From: an uncultured Acidobacteriota bacterium
Lineage (GTDB): Bacteria > Acidobacteriota > Thermoanaerobaculia > Multivoradales > JAHEKO01
Direction: 5' to 3'
Length of the DNA: 64,000 bases
Assembly: GCA_963713825.1 (NCBI GenBank)
Contig: CAVQNG010000003.1
Span: forward strand, 1,792,001 to 1,856,000
Positions 1-9,307 of the stretch are shown here, piece by piece. Both the position numbers and the translations under genes were made by a program. The notes beneath the pieces were generated by a model. That model saw only the letters and a list, made by a program, of their open reading frames with translations, ran no database searches and was not told the DNA's origin. The stretch's first letter is position 1, and each line of letters starts with the position of its first letter.

Positions 1-2
1 CC

Positions 3-662
3 GATCAACAGGCGGCCTACATGTTCAAGATGCTGGCCCACTGGTCTCTCGGTGATACTGGGAGCGCGCGGCAGGAGTTCGACAGAATGCCTCAAACCCC
101 CGGCGTCTTCCTGACCTACTACCAGGTTGGACAGGACTCCATGGAGCGAAACTGGGACCAGGCTCTCCGTCATCTGGACGAGTCGCCAACCGATCTCATC
201 GAGGGTCCTGATGTATGGATTCCTCTCGATCTATTGAGGGGCGAGCTCTACCTTCGACTCGACGACGAGGAAAGGTCGCGTCAGGCCTATCAATCCGCTC
301 TGGAGCTCGTGGAGCAGCAGTTGGCAGTGAACCCACAGGATGCCCGTTTGCACAGCTCTCTGGGACTGATCTACGCCGGTATGGGAATGAAGGAGGAGGC
401 AATCCGAGAGGGCCGAGAGGCGGTGAGACTCTACCCACCCGAGAAGGATGCCCTCCACGGCCCCACCCATGTCGAGAACCTGGCGCGCATCTACACAATG
501 GTAGGCGAGCCTGACGAGGCGCTCGAGCAGCTCGATCGCTTCCTCTCGATGCCGAACTGGACCACGGCAGAGTGGGTCGATATCGACCCCAGGTACGATG
601 CCCTGCGCGACCACCCACGCTACGAAGAAGTCCTAGGCAAGTACCGATCTGCTTCCCGGTGA
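3..662 (+). CDS. C-terminal TPR region of a kinase/TolB-like/TPR signalling protein (5' truncated by window edge)
   Basis: The frame is open from the window start. TPR-like helices (LGLIYAGMGMKEEAIREGREAV, LARIYTMVGEPDEALEQL) and the tail DPRYDALRDHPRYEEVL match the C-termini of the kinases at 13324-15747 and 38263-40875. Confidence 0.8.
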   Translation, partial: DQQAAYMFKMLAHWSLGDTGSARQEFDRMPQTPGVFLTYYQVGQDSMERNWDQALRHLDESPTDLIEGPDVWIPLDLLRGELYLRLDDEERSRQAYQSALELVEQQLAVNPQDARLHSSLGLIYAGMGMKEEAIREGREAVRLYPPEKDALHGPTHVENLARIYTMVGEPDEALEQLDRFLSMPNWTTAEWVDIDPRYDALRDHPRYEEVLGKYRSASR

Positions 663-773
663 TGGGGGAGGCAGGGAGGCCTGGTCGTCGCATGGCCCCT
701 AGACCTGAAGCTCTCCCAGCCTCTCGGCTAGAATGCGGTTCGCGAACCATCGAACGCAGTCGGGAGGAGAGGC

Positions 774-1574
774 ATGAGTGAGAGTCGCCTTCAGGCGGCT
801 GCTGACGCCGCCGCAGTCTACGAAGAGTTTTTCGTTCCAGCCCTTTTCAGCCAGTGGGCGCATCCGGTGTTGAATGCTGCGGAGGTACAGGGAGGCGATC
901 GGGTACTGGATGTGGCCTGTGGTACCGGGGTGTTAACGCGGGCCGCCGCCGAGCGGGTTGCACCGGCAGGCTCGGTCACAGGTCTCGACGCCAATCGAGG
1001 CATGTTGGCCGTGGCCGAGCGACTGGCGCCCGAGATTGACTGGGCCCATGGGGACGCTGAGTCCCTACCGTTCGATGACGAGTCGTTCGAAGCGGTCGTC
1101 AGTCAGTTTGGGCTGATGTTCTTTGCCGACCGAACTGGTGCGATTGCCGAGATGATCCGGGTTCTCGCCCCTGGTGGGCGAGTCGCGGTGGCGGTCTGGG
1201 ATAGCCTGGACAACACACCCGGCTATGCCGAGCTGGTCGGTCTGCTCCAGAGAATGTTCGGGGAGCAGGCTGCCGAAGCCCTCCGCGCTCCCTTTGCTCT
1301 CGGTGACCGTGATCAGCTCTCTTCGCTAGTGACCGGTGTCGTGGGTGCCGGTGCAACGGTCACAACCCGGAACGGAGTTGCACGCTTCCCGTCGGTGGCT
1401 TCGTGGATCCACACGGATGTGAAGGGCTGGTCACCCCTCGGTCAGCAATTGGACGAAGAGCAATTCGAGAGGCTGCAGACCGAGGCCGAAAGTACCCTGA
1501 GCTCGTTCGTCACCGAGCGGGGCACGGTCGAGTTCCCGATGCCCGCCCACATCGTCACACTCGGCAAGTCGTAG
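774..1574 (+). CDS. Class I SAM-dependent methyltransferase (UbiE/Methyltransf_11-like)
   Basis: VLDVACGTG motif I, GDAESLPFDDESFEAV and RVLAPGG; RBS GGAGGAG upstream. Confidence 0.9.
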   Translation: MSESRLQAAADAAAVYEEFFVPALFSQWAHPVLNAAEVQGGDRVLDVACGTGVLTRAAAERVAPAGSVTGLDANRGMLAVAERLAPEIDWAHGDAESLPFDDESFEAVVSQFGLMFFADRTGAIAEMIRVLAPGGRVAVAVWDSLDNTPGYAELVGLLQRMFGEQAAEALRAPFALGDRDQLSSLVTGVVGAGATVTTRNGVARFPSVASWIHTDVKGWSPLGQQLDEEQFERLQTEAESTLSSFVTERGTVEFPMPAHIVTLGKS

Positions 1575-1601
1575 TGAGCTCCGGCTAGGGCCGAGTGACC
1601 C

Positions 1602-1685
1602 ATGACTGGTGATCTGGCAATCTCTGAAATAACGATTGACTACGAATCGGGAGACGTTTCGGCGTGGTCGATGAGGTTTCCCTAG
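1602..1685 (+). pseudogene. 27-codon ORF MTGDLAISEITIDYESGDVSAWSMRFP: orphan or remnant copy of the C-terminal FxDGFESGDxxAW tag
   Basis: Translated by hand: ATG at 1602, TAG at 1683-1685, in-frame TGA at 1596-1598 upstream. DYESGDVSAWS followed by P-stop matches the tail of seven other proteins here. No clear RBS. Confidence 0.55.
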
Positions 1686-1729
1686 GAGGGATCCGATCAC
1701 CGTCGCGGCGGCTCGGTGACTGATCGCAC

Positions 1730-4108
1730 CTACCTGCCTTGACCCTGGCCTTGGTACTTGTCGAGCCAGTTCTCGACCTCTTGCGTTCTCACGTGGTCGG
1801 CTCCGAGAGACTCCAGGAGAATCTCGTGGGCCAGATCCAGCTCAGATCGAGCTGCAGCAGGCTGCCCGGCCTGGGCGAGAATCCAGCCGAGCAAGCCGTG
1901 GGATTCGCCGGTCCGCCATCCCCGGTCCCCCACGGCTGCCGTGTGAACGCTCAGCGACTGGCGTGCCAGACGCTCGGCCTCCACGAGGTCGCCCTGATCG
2001 GCTAGCACCCGTGCAAGCTTGGACTCTGTGCCTGCGACGCGGAGGTGATCGGCTCCGAAGATCGTCTGCCCGAGCTGCAGCGATTCCCGCAGTCGAGCCT
2101 CGGCTTGCGCCAGCTCACCAGCTCCGTAGTAGGCAAAACCAAGATTGCCCAGGCTGATGACGACCTCGGGACTGTCGTCGCCCATGAACTCCCGCCGCAG
2201 CGCGAGGGACTCGAGATGGAGCTCGATCGCCTCCTCGAACTTGCCCTGGTCTGCCAACACCGTGGCAAGATTGTTGGTCGTATAGGCGAGGTCACTCCGA
2301 GCTTCGCCCTCAAGAATTCGCCTCTCGGTCTCCAGGGCTTGGCGCTGGAGCTCTTCTGCCTTTTCGAGATTCCCCAAGTCCGCATGGGTGTTGGCGATGT
2401 TGACCAGAGTCTGCGTGTAGTCAGGATGCTCCTTGCCGACAGCCGCCTCCGTCAGCTGCAAAACCTCCTCCGAACAGCGCAGCGAGCCTTCGAGATCACC
2501 GCTGAGCCAGTAGACCATTCCCAGTCGGTCCACGGCGTCGATCAGTCGCCGATCGTTGGGCGCCAACTCGTCCCGCCTCAGGTCGACCGCCTTTTCCAGC
2601 AGGGGCAGTGCTGTTTCAAAGTCTCCGAGGGCCTGATAGCTGTCGCCGATGGTGAATCGAATGGCCGCTTCGACCTCGGGGTCGTCGCCGAATCGACCCT
2701 CGAGATTCGCGGCCGCCTCGTCGAGGACCTCCCGCACGCTGACCTCGCGCCCGCGGGCGCTGCTGGGCTGGACGGATGACAGCATCTCCTGCAGGAAGCC
2801 TGTCACTTCCCGCGACGATGCGGCATCTCGTTCGGCGATGGCGCGATCGTGCGTTGCCCGAACAAAGCCGAGTCCCGCCAGCAGCGAGCCCGCGAGCAGG
2901 GCCAGGACCGCGATCGATCCCGCCAGCGCTCCGACCCGATGCCGCATCACCCACCGTCCCAGCCGGTAGGTCCGGCTCGGTGGGCGCGCCTGAATCGGCT
3001 CGAACCTCAGATGGCGTTGGAGGTCGTCCATGAGTCCAGATGCCGATCCGTAGCGTCGAGCCGAGTCCTTCTCCAGGGCCTTCAAGGTGATCCAGTCGAG
3101 ATCGCCGGCAACCTTACGGCGCTCCAATTTGCCCAGGCGCTGGCTGGGCGCGACGGGTAACTGCTCGCACACGACTCGCTCGATGGCGGTCGGGCTGCCG
3201 GTATCTACGTGATAGGGCTTCTCGCCTGAAATGAGCAGATAGAGAAGGACCCCGAGCGAGTAGACGTCGGTCGCCGTGGTGACTCGCTCGCCCCGCACCT
3301 GCTCGGGGCTGGCGAAGTCGGGGGTCAGGAGGCGGCCGAAAGCCACGGTGACATCCGTTTGTAGGCCACTCGGGTCGAGCAGCCGAGCGATGCCAAAGTC
3401 GAGCAGCTTGGGCTGACCGTCTGCTGTTACGAGGATGTTGCTTGGCTTGAGGTCGCGGTGGACCACCAGATTGGCGTGAGCGAAGCTGACCGCAGAGCAG
3501 ATCGACATGAACAGCTGCAGCCTTTGGCGAAGTCCCAAGCCGTCGTCGTCGCAGTACTTGTCAACAGGTACACCCTCCACGAGCTCCATCACCAGGTAGT
3601 GCAGACCGCCTCTGGTGGTTCCGCCGTCGAGCAGGCGCGCGATGTTCGGGTGTACCAGATCGGCGAGGATCTGGCGCTCCACGTGGAACCTGTCGATGGT
3701 CCCCGGAACGGCCTCTTGAACGATCTTGATGGCGACGCGCTGGTCGTAGGTGTCGACGCGCTCGGCCTCGTAGACAATTCCCATTCCGCCCCGTCCCAGC
3801 TCGCCGACCAGTCGATACTGCCCTACGAGCTCACCCGGGCCGAGTGTGGAGGGGAGCGGCGCTCCTGTGCCGGATGGGGCCCGATCCAACCGCCGGGCGA
3901 AGGACGGGTCGGAGATCACTCCGTCGATCGTGCTGGCGATGAAGCTGTCGGAGCCGTCCTCGGCGTGCAGTAGCTCCTCGACCCGGGCGCGAAGATCAGG
4001 GTCCTCGCACTCGTGTTCGAGAAATCCCTGTCGCTGGTCCGGGGGGAGGGCCATCGCCTGATGGAACAGCTCCTCGAGGAGTATCCATTTCTCAGACTCC
4101 ACCGGCAC
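1730..4108 (-). CDS. Membrane-anchored Hanks-type Ser/Thr protein kinase with C-terminal TPR repeats
   Basis: GRGGMG, VAIK, HRDLKPSN, DFG and SPE motifs; TM segment ALAGSIAVLALLAGSLLAGLGF; TPR_12-like repeats. The GTG start overlaps the upstream sigma gene. Confidence 0.93.
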   Translation of the reverse strand: MPVESEKWILLEELFHQAMALPPDQRQGFLEHECEDPDLRARVEELLHAEDGSDSFIASTIDGVISDPSFARRLDRAPSGTGAPLPSTLGPGELVGQYRLVGELGRGGMGIVYEAERVDTYDQRVAIKIVQEAVPGTIDRFHVERQILADLVHPNIARLLDGGTTRGGLHYLVMELVEGVPVDKYCDDDGLGLRQRLQLFMSICSAVSFAHANLVVHRDLKPSNILVTADGQPKLLDFGIARLLDPSGLQTDVTVAFGRLLTPDFASPEQVRGERVTTATDVYSLGVLLYLLISGEKPYHVDTGSPTAIERVVCEQLPVAPSQRLGKLERRKVAGDLDWITLKALEKDSARRYGSASGLMDDLQRHLRFEPIQARPPSRTYRLGRWVMRHRVGALAGSIAVLALLAGSLLAGLGFVRATHDRAIAERDAASSREVTGFLQEMLSSVQPSSARGREVSVREVLDEAAANLEGRFGDDPEVEAAIRFTIGDSYQALGDFETALPLLEKAVDLRRDELAPNDRRLIDAVDRLGMVYWLSGDLEGSLRCSEEVLQLTEAAVGKEHPDYTQTLVNIANTHADLGNLEKAEELQRQALETERRILEGEARSDLAYTTNNLATVLADQGKFEEAIELHLESLALRREFMGDDSPEVVISLGNLGFAYYGAGELAQAEARLRESLQLGQTIFGADHLRVAGTESKLARVLADQGDLVEAERLARQSLSVHTAAVGDRGWRTGESHGLLGWILAQAGQPAAARSELDLAHEILLESLGADHVRTQEVENWLDKYQGQGQGR

Positions 4109-4676
4109 CGCCTTGGGTCAGTTCCGCGTGGAGCCAGGCCCGAGCCATCCTCATGTCGCGATCGACAGTGGCACGCGAGATGGCGAGAGCCTTTCCGGTC
4201 TCCTCGAAGTTGAGGCCACCAAAGAAGTGCAGCTCGACGACCTGCGCCTTGCGTTCATCGATCGTTGCCAATTTGTTCAGGGCGCGATCGAGATCGAGCA
4301 TGTCGGTTGCAGCTGGAGTGACAGTGGCCATGGTGGCCTCGACCAGGGAGAGCTCGGGTTGGCCTCCTCCCCGCTTGGCGCTGGTTTTGGCGCGGGCGTG
4401 ATCGACCAGAACTCTTCGCATGGCCTGTGCCGCGGCTTTGAAGAACTGGACTCTGTCCTGCCATTCGATGTCGAGCCCGACGAGCTTGGCGTAGGCCTCG
4501 TGAACCAGCGCGGTGGGTTGCAGGGTGTGCTCCACCCGTTCGCTCTTCATGTAGTGGGCAGCGAGACGACGCAGCTCGTCGTAGACCAGTGGCAGGAGGG
4601 CATCGATGGCCCCCTGCTTGCCCTCACGGCAATCGATGAGGAGCTGCGTGACGTCCCCGGTCGGGCTGTCGGTCAT
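4092..4676 (-). CDS. ECF RNA polymerase sigma factor, TIGR02999/ECF43-like (kinase-associated)
   Basis: DVTQLL, LLPLVYDELRRLA, HTLQPTALVHEAY, AMRRVLVDHAR..KRGG and region 4 VVELHFFGGL. Alternative start at 4694. Confidence 0.92.
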   Translation of the reverse strand: MTDSPTGDVTQLLIDCREGKQGAIDALLPLVYDELRRLAAHYMKSERVEHTLQPTALVHEAYAKLVGLDIEWQDRVQFFKAAAQAMRRVLVDHARAKTSAKRGGGQPELSLVEATMATVTPAATDMLDLDRALNKLATIDERKAQVVELHFFGGLNFEETGKALAISRATVDRDMRMARAWLHAELTQGGAGGV

Positions 4677-4842
4677 GCGGGCCGATATTGCCATATATCT
4701 GGTCTGGTGACAGTGACTTCCTGTGGCTGGGTGAGTACCGATGCAGCCAGATCTCGCTTAATGGTCTAGATACAAGCGAATTCAGGCTTCTAGAGATGGT
4801 GGATGGGCCATCCATCTCGATTCGACTTCGAGGAGGTCTCCA

Positions 4843-6048
4843 ATGTCGGGATCGAAGACCACGGAACAAGCCAAGGACGGCAGGGGGGGCTGGGAGAGCC
4901 GAGTAAGGAGAGCAGCCAGGCTCCTCATGGCGGTGGCTCTAGGAGCCCTCTGCTGGAGCCCGCCAGTGAGCGCGCGGGAATGTACGCTGGACCCAGCCTC
5001 GTTTCAAGCGGACTTTCAGGCCTATCTCGGTGACATCTACGAGCTGGCCGACGAAGTCGAGAGAAGAGGCCTGCCAGACGGCATCTCGCTACGTGAGCTG
5101 GCCTACGAAGCCGATGCAGCCGCACGAGCGATGACCGCAGAGCAGGAGGAAGCTCTATGCGCTTTCTTCTCCAGTCATGAAGCCCTTCGTCAGGCACCCA
5201 GAAGTCTGAGCGGGAGCCTGCGCCGGCTGCCCCAAACCTACGATGTCAGTGGCCAAGGTCGGGCCCGGGCCCTGGAGGCGACAGAGGAGGGTAAGAGCTG
5301 CTTGGGAGAACAGGGGCGGGCGGCAGTCGATCTGATCAACAAGACTGCCGACCTGGCGGGCATCGTGGGGCAGGCGATCTGCGATGCGGCTCCCTCGGGA
5401 GACCTCGTGGTTGTCAATACGGTGCTGTGCCCGATTGCCGGAGTGCTGAAGGTCACCGCGAAGGTCGCTGAATTCGTGACCAAGGTGGACGATATCTGTC
5501 AGCTCTTCAAGCAGGCATTCAACCTCGAGCAGGTCGAAAAGAAGACGGATGAGGGATTCCTCACCATGGGTCTTCGGTTCGACGACGTGGACAGCGAGCT
5601 AGGGACGTTGGCGAGACAGGTGAGCGTCGACAGCCTGGCACTTCAGGTCAGCGATGTGGACGCCGGGGTTTCCGACCTGGATCTGGAGCTCGACTCGGTG
5701 AGAGTCGATCTCGACGAGCAGCGAGACGACCGCCAGGAGTTTCAGGACCTCAACGTCCGGATCTCGATCGAGCAGCAGCTCGGGTCGGAGGCAAACGACC
5801 GGATTTCGCTCTTTCAGCTACCCGAATCGGTAGGCGGAAAGCTCGAAGAGGTCCGCGAGGTCGTGGCGGGGGCGATTCTGATGAATGACGACGCCGGTCA
5901 GGACATCGGCCTGGCCCTGACCTACTTCGCGCAAGGGGACGATCACTTCAACAACCAGGACTACAGCAACGCATTCGCGTCCTATCGACAGGCCTATCGG
6001 GAGGCGGCTCAGGCCAGGGAAATGCCGGACCCGAGCCTCAAACGATAG
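4843..6048 (+). CDS. Secreted hypothetical helical/coiled-coil protein
   Basis: RBS GGAGG; signal-like RRAARLLMAVALGALCWSPPVSA; Cys-containing hydrophobic hairpin, heptad region and helical C-terminal domain. Confidence 0.75.
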   Translation: MSGSKTTEQAKDGRGGWESRVRRAARLLMAVALGALCWSPPVSARECTLDPASFQADFQAYLGDIYELADEVERRGLPDGISLRELAYEADAAARAMTAEQEEALCAFFSSHEALRQAPRSLSGSLRRLPQTYDVSGQGRARALEATEEGKSCLGEQGRAAVDLINKTADLAGIVGQAICDAAPSGDLVVVNTVLCPIAGVLKVTAKVAEFVTKVDDICQLFKQAFNLEQVEKKTDEGFLTMGLRFDDVDSELGTLARQVSVDSLALQVSDVDAGVSDLDLELDSVRVDLDEQRDDRQEFQDLNVRISIEQQLGSEANDRISLFQLPESVGGKLEEVREVVAGAILMNDDAGQDIGLALTYFAQGDDHFNNQDYSNAFASYRQAYREAAQAREMPDPSLKR

Positions 6049-6063
6049 ATGGGGAGGCCGGAC

Positions 6064-9000
6064 ATGAGAACTACAACCCAAAGCTCTTACCAGGCAAGAC
6101 GACTCGGAGTCGCTCTCTTGGTGGCAACTGCCTTTAGTCTAGGCTCCTTGACGGCACAGGTCATTCCCACCGGTCCGCAGGTGCAAGTCAAGGACTATCC
6201 GAGCTTCTTCTTTCACCGCGGATCCGACGTAGCGGTCGTCGACCTGGACGGCAACTTCGTCGTCGTGTGGGCATCGCCGAACATGCAGAAGATCCTCGGT
6301 CAGCGTTTCGACAGCAGCGGTGCTCCCGTGGGAACGGAATTCGAGATCAGCACGGCAGGCTATCCAGGTAACAAGGAGAAACCCTCGGTGGCAGGGGATT
6401 TCGCCGGCAACTTCGTCGTCGTCTGGGAGCACGAGCGTGACGACAACCAGTACCCGGGAAGCCCCGAAGAGATCGTGGGGCGTCGGTTCGACAGCTCTGG
6501 GCCGCTCCACCCGACGGAGTTCAAGGTCAACGCGGCGAGCCCCTGGAGGCACGAGAACCCGAGTGTGACCCGTGATGGCAACTCGAACTTCGTTGTCGTG
6601 TGGCAGCGGTTCGATGACGAGAATCCTCCTGATAGGCCTCGAATCCTCGGACAGAGATTCGATGCGCAGGGAACGAAGCTAGGGGCGGAAATCGCTGTCA
6701 GCACGCTGGGTGAAGAAGAGGACGGGAAGGACGAGTTGCCCGACGTTGGCAGCAGCCTGGGTGGCGACTTCGTGGTGGTTTGGCAACAGAGTGGAGCCAA
6801 CAATGAAATCGACCCTTCAGGTGATGCCGCAGTCGGGCGTAGGTTCGATTCCTTCGGCGCCCCACAAGACGAGACCGAGTTCGTGGTGAACAGCTACACC
6901 ACAGGCTCGCAGAGCCGGCCCTCCGTCTGGGTCGGCCTCGATGGAAACTTCGTGGTCACCTGGCACGGTGAAGGCGAATCCGACGACTGGGGGATCTTTG
7001 CCAAGCAGTTCGCCTCGACCGGAGGCGCGATTGCAGACGAGTTTCTCGTCAACACGCTGACGACCGGTTTCCAGACCGAATCCGCAGTAGTAGCTGCCGA
7101 CGCGTTGGGTCATTTCGCTGTGACGTGGCACTCGAGACCCAGCGCCGGAGGGGACTACAGCCTGTTCGCGCGATGGTTCCGAAGCGACGGTCTGCCTTTC
7201 GAAGATCAGTTCGAAGTGCCGACACACACCACAGGCACCCAGGAGTCCCCTCGGATCGCCGGGGATGTCGACGGCAACTTCGTCGTCCTGTGGAACGGCG
7301 ATGGCCCAGCGGATGAAGGCTTCTCGGTGCGCCGCTTCGAGCAACCTGTCCTTCTGACCATCAACGACTTTTCGATCCAGGAGGGAGATGCGAGCGAGTC
7401 CGCGGAGGGGATTGCACTACTGACGGTCGAGGCCTCCAGGTCTCACCCGACCCTGGACGTTACCGTTGAGTACGCCACGGACGACGAGTCCGCCAGCTCC
7501 TTCGACGACTATGTGGCCTCGAGCGGAATGGTGCTCTTCGAAGCCGACACAAACGAGTTGACGGCAGCGATCGATGTGGAAGTCCTCGGCGACGATGTCT
7601 ATGAGCCCGATGAGACCTTCCTCGTCAATCTGGGTCGAGTGGAGAACGCGGCGATCGTTCGAGAGCAGGGGATCGCCACCATCCTCAACGACGACGACCC
7701 ACCGGGCATGACGATTGAAGATGCCTCGATAGAAGAGGGCAACACAGGGACGAGTGTTCTGACCTTCAGGGTCGATCTGACCGAAGTGCAGCAAGAGGAC
7801 GCCACGGTCGATTTCTCCAGTAGTGACGGCACCGCCACCGAGGGTAGTGACTACCAGGCAGGCAACGGAACGCTGACGATTCCAGGAGGCTCGACCACTG
7901 GTTTTGTCGGTATTGAGATCAACGGCGATTTCACCTCCGAGGGTGACGAATCACTTCTCGTCACTCTTTCCGACCCTTCGAACGGAACTCTTCTTCGAGA
8001 CACGGCGACAGGGACCATTCTGGACGACGATTGCGCGGTGGCAATCACTATCGATCCGTCGAGCGCGAACTACGGGATCGCCGGCGGAACCGGGGGCATC
8101 ACCGTCACGGATAGCCAGGGGTGTGGCTGGACGGCGGTGAGTAGCGAACCCTGGATCGTCATCACCTCGGCGACGAGCGGGGTTGGAAACGGCACGATCG
8201 AATATTCGATTGCCGCCAATGCCGATCCGTTGCCCAGGAACGGCTCGATCACGATCGCGGGTCAGATGTTCATCGTGACCCAGGATGGGGTTTCGTGCTC
8301 GCTCGGCCTGTCTCCGAACCTCGCGGACTTCGCGTCCGGTGGCGGTGACGGCACTTTTGCCGTATCAGACCCCGGAGTCTGTGGCTGGACTGCGGTCAGC
8401 AACGAGCCCTGGATCAAGGTGATGGCGGGCGGCAGCGGAGTCGGTAGCGGGATCGTGGAGTACTCGGTAGAGAAGAAGGCGACCCCGGGAGATCGCTCTG
8501 GGACCATCCTGGTGTCGGGCTTGCTGTTCACGGTCAACCAGGAAGGCAGTTTCTTCGACCACTTCGACGACAGTGTTCTGGCCCCGACCTGGACCTATTC
8601 GGATCCCCAGTTCTGGAGCGAGGGCAATTCGTTTCTCGAAGCCGATGTCCTCGGGGCAGGCGAGGAAGCCCAGGCAATTGCCATGCCGGCTTTTCCTGGC
8701 TGTGTCGAGTGCACAATCTCCACACGATTCGGTGTCGATGTGTTCGCTCTTGGGGATGTCGGTCTCTATGGCTGGTATGTCGACGATGACAATTTCGTTC
8801 GGCTGACCATGAGCGAGTTCACGAACGAGTGGACCCTGGTTCAAATGGTGGGTGGCGTAGAGGTGCAGAGTGTCATGACCGACTCCGAACCGATTCTCGC
8901 GAATGTCCTCTACGACATCGACTTGACCTTCGACGGCACCAAGATCAGCGCCTCCGTCGACGGGGACACAATACTGATTATGGTTCCCTGGCAGGGTACG

Positions 9001-9159
9001 CCACCGGCAGGAACGGTGGGGTTCCATGCGACTGAGACGATCGCAAACTTCGACCTGATCACGGTGCTCACGGATACCAGCACCGCTGGCCCGGTGTTGG
9101 TGTTCGGCGACAGTTTCGAAGGCGGCGACCTTACCGCCTGGTCGAGTCACAGCCCCTAG
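6064..9159 (+). CDS. Large secreted adhesin-like protein: 7-repeat beta-propeller, 2x Calx-beta, 2x BACON-like, jelly-roll domain, C-terminal FGDSFEGGDLTAWS tag
   Basis: RBS GGGGAGG before ATG 6064; signal peptide; seven (D/G)xxGxFVVxW repeats; Calx-beta motifs (VEYATDD..DY, GDDVYEPDETF, TILNDD); BACON-like CGWTAVSSEPWI twice. Confidence 0.85.
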   Translation: MRTTTQSSYQARRLGVALLVATAFSLGSLTAQVIPTGPQVQVKDYPSFFFHRGSDVAVVDLDGNFVVVWASPNMQKILGQRFDSSGAPVGTEFEISTAGYPGNKEKPSVAGDFAGNFVVVWEHERDDNQYPGSPEEIVGRRFDSSGPLHPTEFKVNAASPWRHENPSVTRDGNSNFVVVWQRFDDENPPDRPRILGQRFDAQGTKLGAEIAVSTLGEEEDGKDELPDVGSSLGGDFVVVWQQSGANNEIDPSGDAAVGRRFDSFGAPQDETEFVVNSYTTGSQSRPSVWVGLDGNFVVTWHGEGESDDWGIFAKQFASTGGAIADEFLVNTLTTGFQTESAVVAADALGHFAVTWHSRPSAGGDYSLFARWFRSDGLPFEDQFEVPTHTTGTQESPRIAGDVDGNFVVLWNGDGPADEGFSVRRFEQPVLLTINDFSIQEGDASESAEGIALLTVEASRSHPTLDVTVEYATDDESASSFDDYVASSGMVLFEADTNELTAAIDVEVLGDDVYEPDETFLVNLGRVENAAIVREQGIATILNDDDPPGMTIEDASIEEGNTGTSVLTFRVDLTEVQQEDATVDFSSSDGTATEGSDYQAGNGTLTIPGGSTTGFVGIEINGDFTSEGDESLLVTLSDPSNGTLLRDTATGTILDDDCAVAITIDPSSANYGIAGGTGGITVTDSQGCGWTAVSSEPWIVITSATSGVGNGTIEYSIAANADPLPRNGSITIAGQMFIVTQDGVSCSLGLSPNLADFASGGGDGTFAVSDPGVCGWTAVSNEPWIKVMAGGSGVGSGIVEYSVEKKATPGDRSGTILVSGLLFTVNQEGSFFDHFDDSVLAPTWTYSDPQFWSEGNSFLEADVLGAGEEAQAIAMPAFPGCVECTISTRFGVDVFALGDVGLYGWYVDDDNFVRLTMSEFTNEWTLVQMVGGVEVQSVMTDSEPILANVLYDIDLTFDGTKISASVDGDTILIMVPWQGTPPAGTVGFHATETIANFDLITVLTDTSTAGPVLVFGDSFEGGDLTAWSSHSP

Positions 9160-9195
9160 CCGTCAGGGTCGATCGAGGCCGACGAGGGCCAAGGA

Positions 9196-9298
9196 GCAGG
9201 GGAGGGACTCACCCCCTCCCACGGGTGGCAGCAAGAGCCGCCAATATGTCAGCGGACTCACGGAGGTTCTAATGTAGGGGAGGGGCTTGCCCCCTCCC
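9196..9298 (+). repeat. Two GTAG-type REP-like palindromes (9196-9220 degenerate; 9271-9298)
   Basis: AATGTAGGGGAGGGGCTTGCCCCCTCCC and GCAGGGGAGGGACTCACCCCCTCCC lie between convergent genes; same family as the copies at 50833-50890 and 51481-51562. Confidence 0.8.
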
Positions 9299-9307
9299 GA
9301 GGTTCCG

